64,000 nucleotides of DNA from Candidatus Krumholzibacteriia bacterium (lineage in GTDB: Bacteria; Krumholzibacteriota; Krumholzibacteriia; JAJRXK01): NCBI GenBank assembly GCA_041484665.1, contig JBGPIA010000001.1, positions 448,001-512,000 of the forward strand, given 5' to 3'. Shown here piece by piece: positions 50,559 to 59,899 of the stretch. Under the pieces are notes generated by a model. The model did no database searches. It saw only the letters and a list, made by a program, of their open reading frames with translations, and was not told the origin of the DNA. Made by a program: the position numbers and the translations under genes. Within the stretch, counting starts at the first letter, position 1, and every line of letters begins with the position of its first letter.

Positions 50559-51412
50559 GACCGGGGCGTCGGCGCGGCGGCGAGCTGCAGCAGCTCGTAG
50601 CAGCCCGTGATGAGCGCCTCGCGCAGGCAAGGCACCGACGCGAGCACGCCGGCGCCCACCACCGGGAGCCCGTAGCGCAGCCGGAACGTCGGGCGCAGCA
50701 GGTAGTGCTCGGCCGCGGCCACGCGCAATCCGTGGCGTAGCGCGCTCTCGCGCAGTGCGCGCAGCGTGAGGCGCGCGCGCCGGACCGACATGACCTCCTC
50801 CCACTGCGGATCGTCGGCTCCGTCGCGGCCAGCGGCCAGCGCGCGCAGCCACGGCTGCGGCAGCCAGTGCACGAACGGCAGCTTGGCCCAGCGCACGCCC
50901 AGCCGGCGCGGCGGGTGGAGCGTCTGCTGGTGCCCCCCGTAGGGCGAGAGGTACGGAGGGAAGTCCACGACGATGCTCCCGCCGGGCGCGAGGCGCGCGA
51001 CGGTCTCGTGCAGCGCGGCGTCCCGGTCGGGGACGTGCTCGAGCACGTCGCGGAACAGGACCAGGTCGTACGACAGCGGCAGCCCCTGCAGCGACTGCGG
51101 CCGCGTGATGTCGCCGGCGACCAAGGTCAGAGCCAACCCGCGGGCACGAGCGCGCTCACGAGCGCTCTCCAGCAAGCGAGGATCGAGCTCCACGCCAACC
51201 ACGTGTGCGCCGGCCTCGGCGAAGGCGCACGTTCCCCCGCCGTCGCCGCACCCCACGTCGAGCACCCGGCGGCCGGGCCCCCACACGCCCCAGCGCTCCA
51301 AGGTTGGGATCAGGTAGTCGCAGGCCAGGCGATGCTGGTACTCCCAGTAGTACTCCGTCCAGCTGGGGAAGTCGGCGGGCCGCAGCAGCGGGCGCAGCGG
51401 AGAGAGCGGCAT
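50555..51412 (-). CDS. Class I SAM-dependent methyltransferase
   Basis: VLDVGCGDGG, DVLEHV, FPPYLSPYGGHQ. Confidence 0.88.
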   Translation of the reverse strand: MPLSPLRPLLRPADFPSWTEYYWEYQHRLACDYLIPTLERWGVWGPGRRVLDVGCGDGGGTCAFAEAGAHVVGVELDPRLLESARERARARGLALTLVAGDITRPQSLQGLPLSYDLVLFRDVLEHVPDRDAALHETVARLAPGGSIVVDFPPYLSPYGGHQQTLHPPRRLGVRWAKLPFVHWLPQPWLRALAAGRDGADDPQWEEVMSVRRARLTLRALRESALRHGLRVAAAEHYLLRPTFRLRYGLPVVGAGVLASVPCLREALITGCYELLQLAAAPTPRS

Positions 51413-51709
51413 GGGTGGGGGTCCTTCGTGCTCCGGGTCGGTCTGCGCGCCGCCGCGCGCTCTGGCCGGCCGGCGCCGCCCCCGCGTGCGAGCGAACGGG
51501 GCAGCATTCTAGCAGCGGCGAGCGGTGTCACGCCAATCGCGTACGCTCCACCCCGGGTGCCGCGCGCGGGGATTGCGCCGGGCGGGGGGAAGCCCGTTGC
51601 CTCCACTGCGCGCTGACGCTAGTCTGCTGGGCACAGCCGCGTGCCGGCCCGTCGCCAGGACGGCGCACGCCGTACGCTCCCACCGCAGTCGCACGCGAGG
51701 GCCGCGCCC

Positions 51710-52309
51710 ATGGACCGCCATCCGCCGTCGTCGGCGTTCGTACGCACCCGCATCGCGGAGAGCGTGGCGGTCAAGCAGGCGCTGCTCGAGCAGGCCGACG
51801 TGATCGCCGCAATGGCCGACGTCGTGGCCCAGGCGCTGCGGGCCGGGGGTAGCCTCCTGACGTTCGGAAACGGCGGAAGTGCCGCGGACGCCCAGCACAT
51901 CGCCGCCGAGCTGAGCGGGCGCTTCGCGCGCGACCGGGCGGCGCTGCCCGCCGAGGCGCTGACCGTCAACACCAGCGCGCTCACCGCGATCGCCAACGAC
52001 TTCGGCTACGACGAGGTCTTCCGGCGCCAGCTGCAAGGGCGTGCGCGCGAGGGTGACGTCGCCCTGGGAATCAGCACGAGCGGTAACAGCCGCAGCGTGC
52101 TGCTGGCGCTGGAGGAAGCGCGCGAGAGAGGGTTGTCGACGCTGGGCATGACCGGGGCGTCCGGCGGCGAGCTGCGCCGGCGCGCGCTGTGCGACCACCT
52201 GCTGACGGTCCCCAGCGACGACACCGCGCGCATCCAGGAATGCCACATCCTGGCCGGACACCTGATCTGCGAATGGGCCGAGCGGGAGCTCTTCGGCGCC
52301 GCCCCGTGA
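51710..52309 (+). CDS. gmhA: D-sedoheptulose-7-phosphate isomerase
   Basis: GNGGSAADAQHIAAEL, ANDFGY, STSGNS, RIQECH. Confidence 0.95.
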   Translation: MDRHPPSSAFVRTRIAESVAVKQALLEQADVIAAMADVVAQALRAGGSLLTFGNGGSAADAQHIAAELSGRFARDRAALPAEALTVNTSALTAIANDFGYDEVFRRQLQGRAREGDVALGISTSGNSRSVLLALEEARERGLSTLGMTGASGGELRRRALCDHLLTVPSDDTARIQECHILAGHLICEWAERELFGAAP

Positions 52310-52331
52310 GCGCCGCCGCGCGGGGGCCAGC

Positions 52332-53975
52332 CTACTCGGTTCCTACCTTCACCTCGAGCAGGCGTCCGTCGGCCACGCTGCGGACCCGGCCCGCCTTGCG
52401 CAGCCGCTCCTCGATCACGGCGCTGATCAGCCGGCCCGTGCGTTGCCGGTTGCGCGGCACCAGCCCCATGTAGGTCTCCGCCTGCGAGTACACGACGAAA
52501 TCGACGCTGGCTCCGCTGTACGTGCGCGCGGGGTCGAGGGGAGCGCCTCGGACGGTGGGGTCGACCAGCTCGATTCCGCGGGCGGTCCGTCTCCAACGCG
52601 AGGTGATGTGGCCCAGCTGGAGCACTCCCTTGTCCTCCTCCTTCGCGAGCCCGACGTTGTGCTCCAGGACCTGCCGGAGCTCGGCGCCGGTGACCTCGAA
52701 CGTCACGACTTCGTTGGCGAACGGCAGGAGCTCGACCACATCCAGGCGGGTGATCGGTCCCGGCTCGATGTTCTTGCGGATCCCGCCGCTGTTGAGCATG
52801 CCGAAGTCGGCCGACTCGGCGTCAGCGAGCTCATCGCACAACCAGTTACCGACGCTGCTGTCGCGGGCATGTTCCCGATGCCACGGTGTCTCAAGCTCTG
52901 CGATTTTCACTCCATATTCGCCTTTGATCTGCCTGTCGTACTGGTTAGTGAGTTCGAGGAGCTTCTGATCTTGGCGAATATTTGTCGAAAATAGTGTGAC
53001 GAGCTCTGCGTCTGCGGAAACTACGTGTCCGTCCTCGAACTCCAGCCGCACCAGACCGGCCTCCCTCAGGTCGCCGCCGGTTTGCACGATCATGGTCTTG
53101 CCGACATGGCGCGGCTTGGTCAGCCGTGTGTGACTGTGCCCCCCGACAATCACGTCCAGATCAGGGACAGCGCGGGCTAGCTCCTCGTCGGCGTCCACGC
53201 CCAGGTGCGTCAGGGCGACGAGTAGGTCCGGTCGGGGTTGCAGGCTGGCGATCCACTGCTGCGCGGCGGCGGCGGCCGACGTGACGCGCAGGGACTTCAG
53301 AGCCTCGCTGTTCAGCAGGCGCGGCAGATCCTCGGTGACCAGCCCCACCACTCCCACGCGCATTCCGCCGAGGGTGAAGACGTGCCCCGGCTCGGGAGCG
53401 TACGGCGAGCCGTCGGAATGGAAGAGGTTCGCGCAGAGCAGGCGCCGGTGGTGCGTGCGCGCGATCAGCCGGTCGAGCGTGGCCGCGCCGTGGTCGAACT
53501 CGTGATTGCCGATGGTCCCGGCGTCGTATCCCACGCGATCGAGCAGGTCCACGACGACGCCCCCCTCCACGCCGCCCAGCTTCAGCTCGCTCAGCGGCGT
53601 TCCGGTGAGGATGTCCCCGGCGTCCAGAACGAGCACCCGCTCCCAGCGCAAACGCTGGGTGCGCACGAACGACTCGAGCGCGACCACGCCCCCCACCACG
53701 GGATGGTCGTCGCGCCAGGGCGCGGGCTCGGGGAGCAGGTGCGAGTGGCTGTCGTTAGTGTGGACGATGACCAGCCCCTGCCGTTTGCCGCCCGCGCTGG
53801 CCGGGAGAGAGGCCGGTACGATCAGCGCCGCACTCAGCAGCACACGCGCAAGCGACGTCGTGCGACGGATGGCGCGTCTGACGCGCGGTTGCGCGGGAAC
53901 AGGCCACGGCGCTCGCGGGATCCGGGGGAAGCGGGGGGTCGGCGGGATCGGGGCCATGGCGATGCGGTGGATCAT
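52332..53975 (-). CDS. Secreted bifunctional metallophosphatase / 5'-nucleotidase
   Basis: HTNDSH, DAGD, GNHEFD, LTHLG, GGHSH, NSGGIR, PFAN; AGGAGG RBS. Confidence 0.92.
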   Translation of the reverse strand: MIHRIAMAPIPPTPRFPRIPRAPWPVPAQPRVRRAIRRTTSLARVLLSAALIVPASLPASAGGKRQGLVIVHTNDSHSHLLPEPAPWRDDHPVVGGVVALESFVRTQRLRWERVLVLDAGDILTGTPLSELKLGGVEGGVVVDLLDRVGYDAGTIGNHEFDHGAATLDRLIARTHHRRLLCANLFHSDGSPYAPEPGHVFTLGGMRVGVVGLVTEDLPRLLNSEALKSLRVTSAAAAAQQWIASLQPRPDLLVALTHLGVDADEELARAVPDLDVIVGGHSHTRLTKPRHVGKTMIVQTGGDLREAGLVRLEFEDGHVVSADAELVTLFSTNIRQDQKLLELTNQYDRQIKGEYGVKIAELETPWHREHARDSSVGNWLCDELADAESADFGMLNSGGIRKNIEPGPITRLDVVELLPFANEVVTFEVTGAELRQVLEHNVGLAKEEDKGVLQLGHITSRWRRTARGIELVDPTVRGAPLDPARTYSGASVDFVVYSQAETYMGLVPRNRQRTGRLISAVIEERLRKAGRVRSVADGRLLEVKVGTE

Positions 53976-54069
53976 GGACAACCTCCTGCCGGGAGCCTAG
54001 CCCAGGCGACAGCACGAGCGCCAGACTGGCGTTGCCAAGCACTCCCCCATCGAACAGACTCGCGCCGAG

Positions 54070-55380
54070 ATGCGCACCTCCCCGCGCTCGCTCCTGGGCC
54101 TGCCGCTCTACGCGTTCGCGCTCACCGCACCGGTCTCGGTCGCCATCGGCAGCGTCGCCGTCGCGATGGTGGGGGGGGTCGCTCTGCTGCGCCAGCTCTT
54201 CCCCGCGACGCGCAGCGTAGCGCTCCCGCCGCGCCCGGTGCTCGTCGCGCTGGCACTCTTCGTGGGAACCCACGCGCTTGCGACGGCCCTGGCGGCGCCG
54301 TTTCCCGCGCACTGGGCTACCTGGCGCGGCGAGATGTTCCTCAAGCTGCTGCTCTTGGCCGTACCCCTGCTCGCTGCCGACCGGCCGCGCGATGTGGAGC
54401 GGGCAGCGCAGCTGCTGGTGCTGGTCGGAGCCGCGGTCGCCGTGTACGGGATCTACCAGCACTTCGCCGGCTGGGACCTCTGGCGGGGGACGCGCACGTT
54501 CGACACGGGGCACGGCTATTTCGCGGTGGGGTTCTTCGACCATCATTTGAGCTACGGCGGCCACGTACTCCTGCTCTGGACGTTGGGGGCGGCCTGGGCC
54601 CTGCTTGCCGACCCCGGTCAGCGCCGCGCGCGCGGAAGCCTGCTCGCCGTGGCAGCCACGGCGCTGCTGACGGCGGCGCTGCTCTGGAGCTATGCGCGCA
54701 GCGCGCAGCTGGGCGCGGGGGCGTGCGCGGTCGCGCTGACTCTGATGCTCCGTGGGCGCCGGCGGCTGCTGGGGCTCGCCGTGCTGGGCGCCCTGGTGAC
54801 CGCCGTCATGGTGAGCCCGTTCCTCTTTGCGCGATTCAGCGCGATGAGCGCAGCCGGCAGCGAATCGACGCGCATCAATCTCTGGCGCAGCTCGCTGCAC
54901 GCGATCCACGCCCGGCCTTGGACCGGTTTCGGGGCGGGCAATTTCCAGGAGATGATGCGAGCCTACGGGCTGCCAGCCCAGTACGACACCATCGCCCACG
55001 CGCACAACGATTTCCTGATGCACGCCGTGAACGCGGGTCTGCCCGGACTGGCGGCGGCGCTGCTGATGCTGTGCTCCACGACGCTGGTGTTGTGGCTGGG
55101 GCGCGGGCGCGCGGGCCGTGCGCGCTGGGTTGTCCTGGCCGGCGTGTGCGCGCAGTTTGCCATCAGCGTGGCCGGCCTGTTCCAAGTTTACCAGACCGAC
55201 AACGAGGTGGAGATGGTCCTCTACTTCCTGCTGGGATGTGGTCTCGCCCTGATCAGCCGGGGAAGCCCCGCTGCAGCACTGCAGGAGGCCACGGTCAGCG
55301 GTACGACGTTCGCCGCCGCGCCACGCAGCGGCGCCGGCATCCGCCCAGCCTGCGCTGCCGCAGGTTCATCCTTTACATAG
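54070..55380 (+). CDS. O-antigen ligase family protein
   Basis: Multiple TM helices; SYARS, R..LW......I..RPWTGFGAGNF, HAHNDFL. Confidence 0.88.
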   Translation: MRTSPRSLLGLPLYAFALTAPVSVAIGSVAVAMVGGVALLRQLFPATRSVALPPRPVLVALALFVGTHALATALAAPFPAHWATWRGEMFLKLLLLAVPLLAADRPRDVERAAQLLVLVGAAVAVYGIYQHFAGWDLWRGTRTFDTGHGYFAVGFFDHHLSYGGHVLLLWTLGAAWALLADPGQRRARGSLLAVAATALLTAALLWSYARSAQLGAGACAVALTLMLRGRRRLLGLAVLGALVTAVMVSPFLFARFSAMSAAGSESTRINLWRSSLHAIHARPWTGFGAGNFQEMMRAYGLPAQYDTIAHAHNDFLMHAVNAGLPGLAAALLMLCSTTLVLWLGRGRAGRARWVVLAGVCAQFAISVAGLFQVYQTDNEVEMVLYFLLGCGLALISRGSPAAALQEATVSGTTFAAAPRSGAGIRPACAAAGSSFT

Positions 55381-55558
55381 TATTTATCTCAATTAATCCA
55401 CCATCTCAGATACAACCCGATCCGGCACCTGCCTTGCTCGCTCGCGCAGTCGACGCGCCCGGGCCGCCCTCCGGCGGCGCCGTGAGCGCGAGCGGGATGG
55501 CGACCGCCGACGGCTTCGCGGTGCGCCTGCCCGCTCCACCGGGAGAGAGGCGGACGGG

Positions 55559-56347
55559 ATGCCACGACGCGTCAGTGCACGGCTGGACGGCATCGCCGAG
55601 CCGGTGGGCGCCCTCCAGCAGGGGACCGCGCGGCGACGCCCGCGGGTGGTCATCACCATCGGTCCGGGTACCCCGGTGCTGGAGCGGATCGACATGATCC
55701 GCGTGGACGCGGCCCATGGCACCCTGCACGAGCTGGCTGCGCTGCGCGCGAGCTACCCGTGTCCCGCCATCCTGGACATCCCGGGGATGGACACCACCGA
55801 ACGCACATCGTTGCTCACAGCCACCGAGCTCATGATCTTCGCGTGCACCGAGCGGTTCGAGTGGGTGAGCCTGCGTGGGATCGACCGCGCCGACTTGTTG
55901 TACCATGCACGCGAGGTCCTCGACCCGGCGGTCAGGGTGGCGGCCACCCTCTCGACCTCTGGCGTCACAGAACAGTCCCTGCGCGAGATCTGTGTTGCGG
56001 CCGACTGCCTGATCCTGAGCCGTGAAGACCTCGTTTCGACCGTGGGCACGCGCGGCCTGCGCCGCTGCGTTCAGCTCGGTGTCCTCGAGGCGGCTCACTT
56101 TGGCAAGCCGTGCCTCCTCGCAACGGGACTCCCTTCGACCGCCCCCCTGCCCGACGTGGAGTTGAGCGGGCTGGTGGCGTTGGCCCGCGACGGGTGCGCG
56201 GGCTTCATCCTCAGCGGCCCGATCACCGCGGCCGCAGAGCCGCAGATCAGCATCGACCGTCTGCAGATGGTGCTCGCGCCCGCCGAGGGCGGCCCCGGGC
56301 TGCGCCCGGCTGCCCAGCTCGCGGGGCCAGCCAGCCTCGTGCTCTAG
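55559..56347 (+). CDS. Pyruvate-kinase-like barrel-only protein (no B or C domain, catalytic residues degenerate)
   Basis: VVITIGP, IRVDAAHG, ILDIPG, LILSREDL, GKPCLLAT, DGCAGFILSG in the same order as PK motifs. Confidence 0.7.
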   Translation: MPRRVSARLDGIAEPVGALQQGTARRRPRVVITIGPGTPVLERIDMIRVDAAHGTLHELAALRASYPCPAILDIPGMDTTERTSLLTATELMIFACTERFEWVSLRGIDRADLLYHAREVLDPAVRVAATLSTSGVTEQSLREICVAADCLILSREDLVSTVGTRGLRRCVQLGVLEAAHFGKPCLLATGLPSTAPLPDVELSGLVALARDGCAGFILSGPITAAAEPQISIDRLQMVLAPAEGGPGLRPAAQLAGPASLVL

Positions 56348-57387
56348 CCGGAAGCTCGAACAGCGCCGGTGCGCACGGCCTGCAGCGCGCTGGCGACGCG
56401 CGCCGCGGCCTGCCCGTCCACGGTTCCGCAGAGATGGCTGGCGGCGTCCATCCCACGCTCCAGCGTGGGCCGGGGGTTGCGCAGGATCCTCAAGGCGGCC
56501 GCGGCCAGATCCAACGGCTCGTCGACCCACTCCACCGCATCGGCTGCAGCGGCGACCGGATCGCAGAGGCACGTCGGCTCGCCGCCCGCGGCCGAGCCGG
56601 CGCGCGCGGGCGCCAGCGGCGCCGCCGTCGTGATTCCCAGCGCAGGGACGCCCAGCGCGAGCGCATCGAAGAGAGCCATCCCGCTCTCCGCGATCACCAG
56701 GTCCGCCGCCGCCAGCAGCTCCGCGCGCGTCGGGCGTCCGACAACCACCGAGACACCGGGGCCGTACAGCGCGTCGGGCACCGGACGGCGCCCGGACAGC
56801 CAGCGCAGCGAGGGGGGCGCCACGACGACGTCGGCGTCGGCACGCAGGGTGACGATCGCCCGGCCCATTTTCTCGAAGGCCACGCCGTCGGCAGACGGTA
56901 GCACCAAGACCAATGCGCGCTCGCCCGGCGCGCCGAGCCCCAGGTAGCCGCGCGCCCGCGCCGCCGCCCCCGGCTCGAGCGCGGCATCCAGGCGCGGATC
57001 TCCGGTGACCGCCAGGCGGGTTCCAAGAGCCCAGGCCTCGCCGGGTGCCAGCACCAGCGCGGCCAGCGGCAGCAGGGCGGCCAGCAGGTGCTCGGGAGTC
57101 TGCTCGTCGCGCCACAGCACGATGTCGCCGTCGGGCCGCAGCCACGCGCGCAGCCGCGCAGCGGGGACCTCCCCACAGGTGACGATGGCGCCCAGGTTTG
57201 CCGCCGGCCGTATCTGCGGTTGCCAGCCCCGCTCCCGCACGACGCGCGCGGTCCACTTGCGGGAGTCCATCCAGGCGGATGGCCACCGGCCACCGGTGAG
57301 CAGAAACCGGGCGCCGGCTAGACGCCGAGCGACCGGGTCGAAACGCTCGACGTGCTCGGGAAGTGAAACAAGGAAGCCGATGGACAT
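56344..57387 (-). CDS. Divergent CDP-glycerol glycerophosphotransferase (TagB/TagF)-like GT-B protein
   Basis: VTGDPRLD..ARGYLGL..LVLVLPS; ELLAAADLVIAESGMALFDALALGVP resembles xxDxxITDYSSxxFDxxxLxKP. Confidence 0.55.
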   Translation of the reverse strand: MSIGFLVSLPEHVERFDPVARRLAGARFLLTGGRWPSAWMDSRKWTARVVRERGWQPQIRPAANLGAIVTCGEVPAARLRAWLRPDGDIVLWRDEQTPEHLLAALLPLAALVLAPGEAWALGTRLAVTGDPRLDAALEPGAAARARGYLGLGAPGERALVLVLPSADGVAFEKMGRAIVTLRADADVVVAPPSLRWLSGRRPVPDALYGPGVSVVVGRPTRAELLAAADLVIAESGMALFDALALGVPALGITTAAPLAPARAGSAAGGEPTCLCDPVAAAADAVEWVDEPLDLAAAALRILRNPRPTLERGMDAASHLCGTVDGQAAARVASALQAVRTGAVRASG

Positions 57388-57520
57388 GGGATTGCGTGCG
57401 ACGGGCCTCCCTGGCCCGTACCGCACAGCAGCCGGCACCTCTCAAGAAGCGGGCCAAGCCCCGTACTCGACGGCGCACCCACCTGGACGGGCGCCCCGGC
57501 GCGGGCTAGGCTCTGCCCGC

Positions 57521-58831
57521 ATGGATGCGGTCACACCCTGCGACCCTTGGCGGCAGCGCACCCGATGGGTCGCGGCGGCGATCTTCTTGATGACTGCCTC
57601 CTTCATCCTCACCAAGACGGGGCGGGACGCGCTCTACTTCCAGGGCCGCGGCCTCTACGGACTCCCCACCGCCTACATTGCCATGGCCATGCTGGCTTTG
57701 CCGATGGCCGCCGCCGCGCTGAGCCTGATGCGCGTGGTCGGGGCACGCCGCGCGCGCGTGCTGGCGACCTCGGCCGTCGCCCTGGTGATCGGCGCGTTCG
57801 AGGGCCTGGCACGTCCGGGCAGCGGGCCGGTGATGACGGCGTTCTTCACGCTCGTCCTGCTGGCGTTCGGGATCCTGTTCTCGATGGGATGGCTGCTGGG
57901 CGCGGACCTGCTGGACCAGGCTCCACGCGCCAAGCTGGCGCACGCCTACAGCGTGATCGGGGCGGCTTCGATCGCCGGGGGAGTCGCGGCCGCGCTGCTG
58001 GCAAAGCTGCTGGCGCGCCACCTGGAGCCCCAACGGTTCTTGCTGCTGGGGGCCGTGGCGCTGGCGGGGTCCGCGTCGGTGATGGCCGCCACCCAAGGGC
58101 GTTTCCCGACCCGCATGAGCGCGGCCAGAGCGGATGCGGCGGCCCCCGGCTGCTCGGATCTGCGGCCGCTGCTGCGAACGCGTTATGTTGGATTGCTGCT
58201 GCTCACCGGGATGACGGCCGCGCTGGGTGGCTTGCTCATCGAGTTCCAGTTCTACGTCGCCGCGGCCACGTCGCGCAACGCGGTGCGCGCGAACACGAAC
58301 CTCTTCGCCAACTTCTACCTGTTGCTCAATCTGCTCGCGCTTTCCGCGCAGCTGTGGCTGATGCCCCGCTTCCAGCGCGCGCTGGGGGTGTACGGGAGCC
58401 TGTTCGTGCTCCCTGGCGCGTTGTTGGGCGGCTCGCTGGCGCTGTTGGCGGACGCATCCCTGCTCACACGCTCGCTACTGCGCGTGACCGAGGGCGGCCT
58501 CAAGGCGTCCATCCACCGCTCGAACTGGGAGCAGGCCTACGTGCCGCTGACGCGCGCGCAACGCTCACTGGCCAAGCTGCTGGTAGACGGCGCCGGCGCG
58601 CGCATTACCGAGGGGCTGGCAGCGGTAATGCTCTACGCGTGGCTGCGCTGGATCGTGGCCGGCCGCGCGCTGGTGGGCCAGAGCACGGCATGGGTCACCT
58701 GGTCGTTGCTGGCCAGCGCCCTGCTCTGGATCGCGCTCACGCGTGCGCTGCGGCGCAGCCTCGTCCCCGCCACCGTTGCCCATGGCGCGGACGCGGAGCT
58801 GCACCTGGACATCCCGCTGCCGGATACTTGA
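57521..58831 (+). CDS. Npt1/Npt2 (TLC) nucleotide-transporter-like MFS protein; possible Sec readthrough to 58894
   Basis: LTKTGRDALYF, IEFQFY, EGGLKASIHRSNWEQAYVPL..R..AKLLVDG motifs; about 12 TM. Confidence 0.75.
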   Translation: MDAVTPCDPWRQRTRWVAAAIFLMTASFILTKTGRDALYFQGRGLYGLPTAYIAMAMLALPMAAAALSLMRVVGARRARVLATSAVALVIGAFEGLARPGSGPVMTAFFTLVLLAFGILFSMGWLLGADLLDQAPRAKLAHAYSVIGAASIAGGVAAALLAKLLARHLEPQRFLLLGAVALAGSASVMAATQGRFPTRMSAARADAAAPGCSDLRPLLRTRYVGLLLLTGMTAALGGLLIEFQFYVAAATSRNAVRANTNLFANFYLLLNLLALSAQLWLMPRFQRALGVYGSLFVLPGALLGGSLALLADASLLTRSLLRVTEGGLKASIHRSNWEQAYVPLTRAQRSLAKLLVDGAGARITEGLAAVMLYAWLRWIVAGRALVGQSTAWVTWSLLASALLWIALTRALRRSLVPATVAHGADAELHLDIPLPDT

Positions 58832-58840
58832 GTGACGACG

Positions 58841-58862
58841 GCGACCCTCGGAGAGGGCTTGC
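58841..58862 (+). promoter_or_regulatory. Candidate bacterial SECIS element
   Basis: gcga-ccctc-GGA-gaggg-c-ttgc hairpin whose G-starting apical loop begins 19 nt after the TGA at 58829-31. Confidence 0.5.
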
Positions 58863-58908
58863 AACGGCAGGAGTGCGCGAAACGGGCGTGGTAGCGGTCG
58901 GGGCAGGA

Positions 58909-59385
58909 TCAGCCGCGCTGCAGCAGCCGCGCCGGCACGCCGGCCACCGTCGCGCCCGGCGCCACGTCGCGCGTGACGACGGCGCCGGCGCCAACCATGG
59001 CCCCGTCGCCGACGGAAATCCCGCCCAACATCACCACTCCCGACCCGATGGAGACGCGCTGGCCGATGCGCGTGCGTACGAAGCGCGGCTGCCAGTCCGC
59101 CTCACTCTCCGGCTCGCCCTGCGCATTGACCGCGCGGGGGTGCTTGTCGTTGATGAACATGACGCCGTGGCCGATGAAGCAGCCATCGCCGATCTCCACA
59201 CCCTCGCAGATGAACGTATGGCTGCTGATCTTGCAGTTGCGCCCGATGACGGCGCCTTTCTGGATCTCCACGAAGGCGCCGATGCGCGTGTCATCGCCGA
59301 TGCTACAGCCGTACAGATTCACGAACTGGTAGAGCTTCACCCTCTCGCCGAGCTTCACGTCGGGGGCGATGCAGACGTACTCCAC
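58909..59385 (-). CDS. Hexapeptide-repeat sugar N-acyltransferase (WbpD/WxcM-like)
   Basis: NLYGCSIG, IGAFVEIQK, SSHTFICEGV, FINDKHPRA, GAGAVVTRDV, GVPAR. Confidence 0.9.
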   Translation of the reverse strand: MEYVCIAPDVKLGERVKLYQFVNLYGCSIGDDTRIGAFVEIQKGAVIGRNCKISSHTFICEGVEIGDGCFIGHGVMFINDKHPRAVNAQGEPESEADWQPRFVRTRIGQRVSIGSGVVMLGGISVGDGAMVGAGAVVTRDVAPGATVAGVPARLLQRG

Positions 59386-59446
59386 GGCGGACCGGCTCCT
59401 TCCTGGTTGCGGCTGCAGTAAAGGGGGCGCACGTGCCGCGCCTGCG

Positions 59447-59899
59447 TCACGGGAGCTTCTTGACGGTCTCGAGCACTTCCTCGACGTGTCCGTCGGGCTT
59501 CACCCGGACGAAGCTGCGGACCACGCGGCCGTCCTCGTCGATCACGTAGGTGATCCGTTTGGTGTAGGCGTCGTCCGGCGAGGTGACCGCGCCGTATTCG
59601 GTGGTCATCACCCGGTCTAGATCCGACAGGAGGGGAAACGGCAGGGCATGCCTGCGGGCGAAGGCGGCGTTCTCGGCGAGCGGGTCGAGGCTGACGCCGA
59701 GGATGGCCACGTTGCTCCGCTGGAACTCGTCGTAATGCTGGGCAAAGGCGAGCCCCTCCGCCGCGCACGTCTGTGTGTCGGCCTTCGGGTAGAACCAGAG
59801 GACGACCTTTCTTCCCTCGTACTCGCTCAACCGCACATCGCGTCCCGCGTGATCGGGCAGGACGAAGTCGGGGGCGAGATCCCCGGGCTTCAGCACCAT
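59447..59899 (-). CDS. Peroxiredoxin BCP/PrxQ-like (1-Cys, atypical active site)
   Basis: APDFVL, WFYPKADTQTCAAEG, GVSLD, FPLLSD, RITYVID; AAAGGAG RBS. Confidence 0.85.
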   Translation of the reverse strand: MVLKPGDLAPDFVLPDHAGRDVRLSEYEGRKVVLWFYPKADTQTCAAEGLAFAQHYDEFQRSNVAILGVSLDPLAENAAFARRHALPFPLLSDLDRVMTTEYGAVTSPDDAYTKRITYVIDEDGRVVRSFVRVKPDGHVEEVLETVKKLP

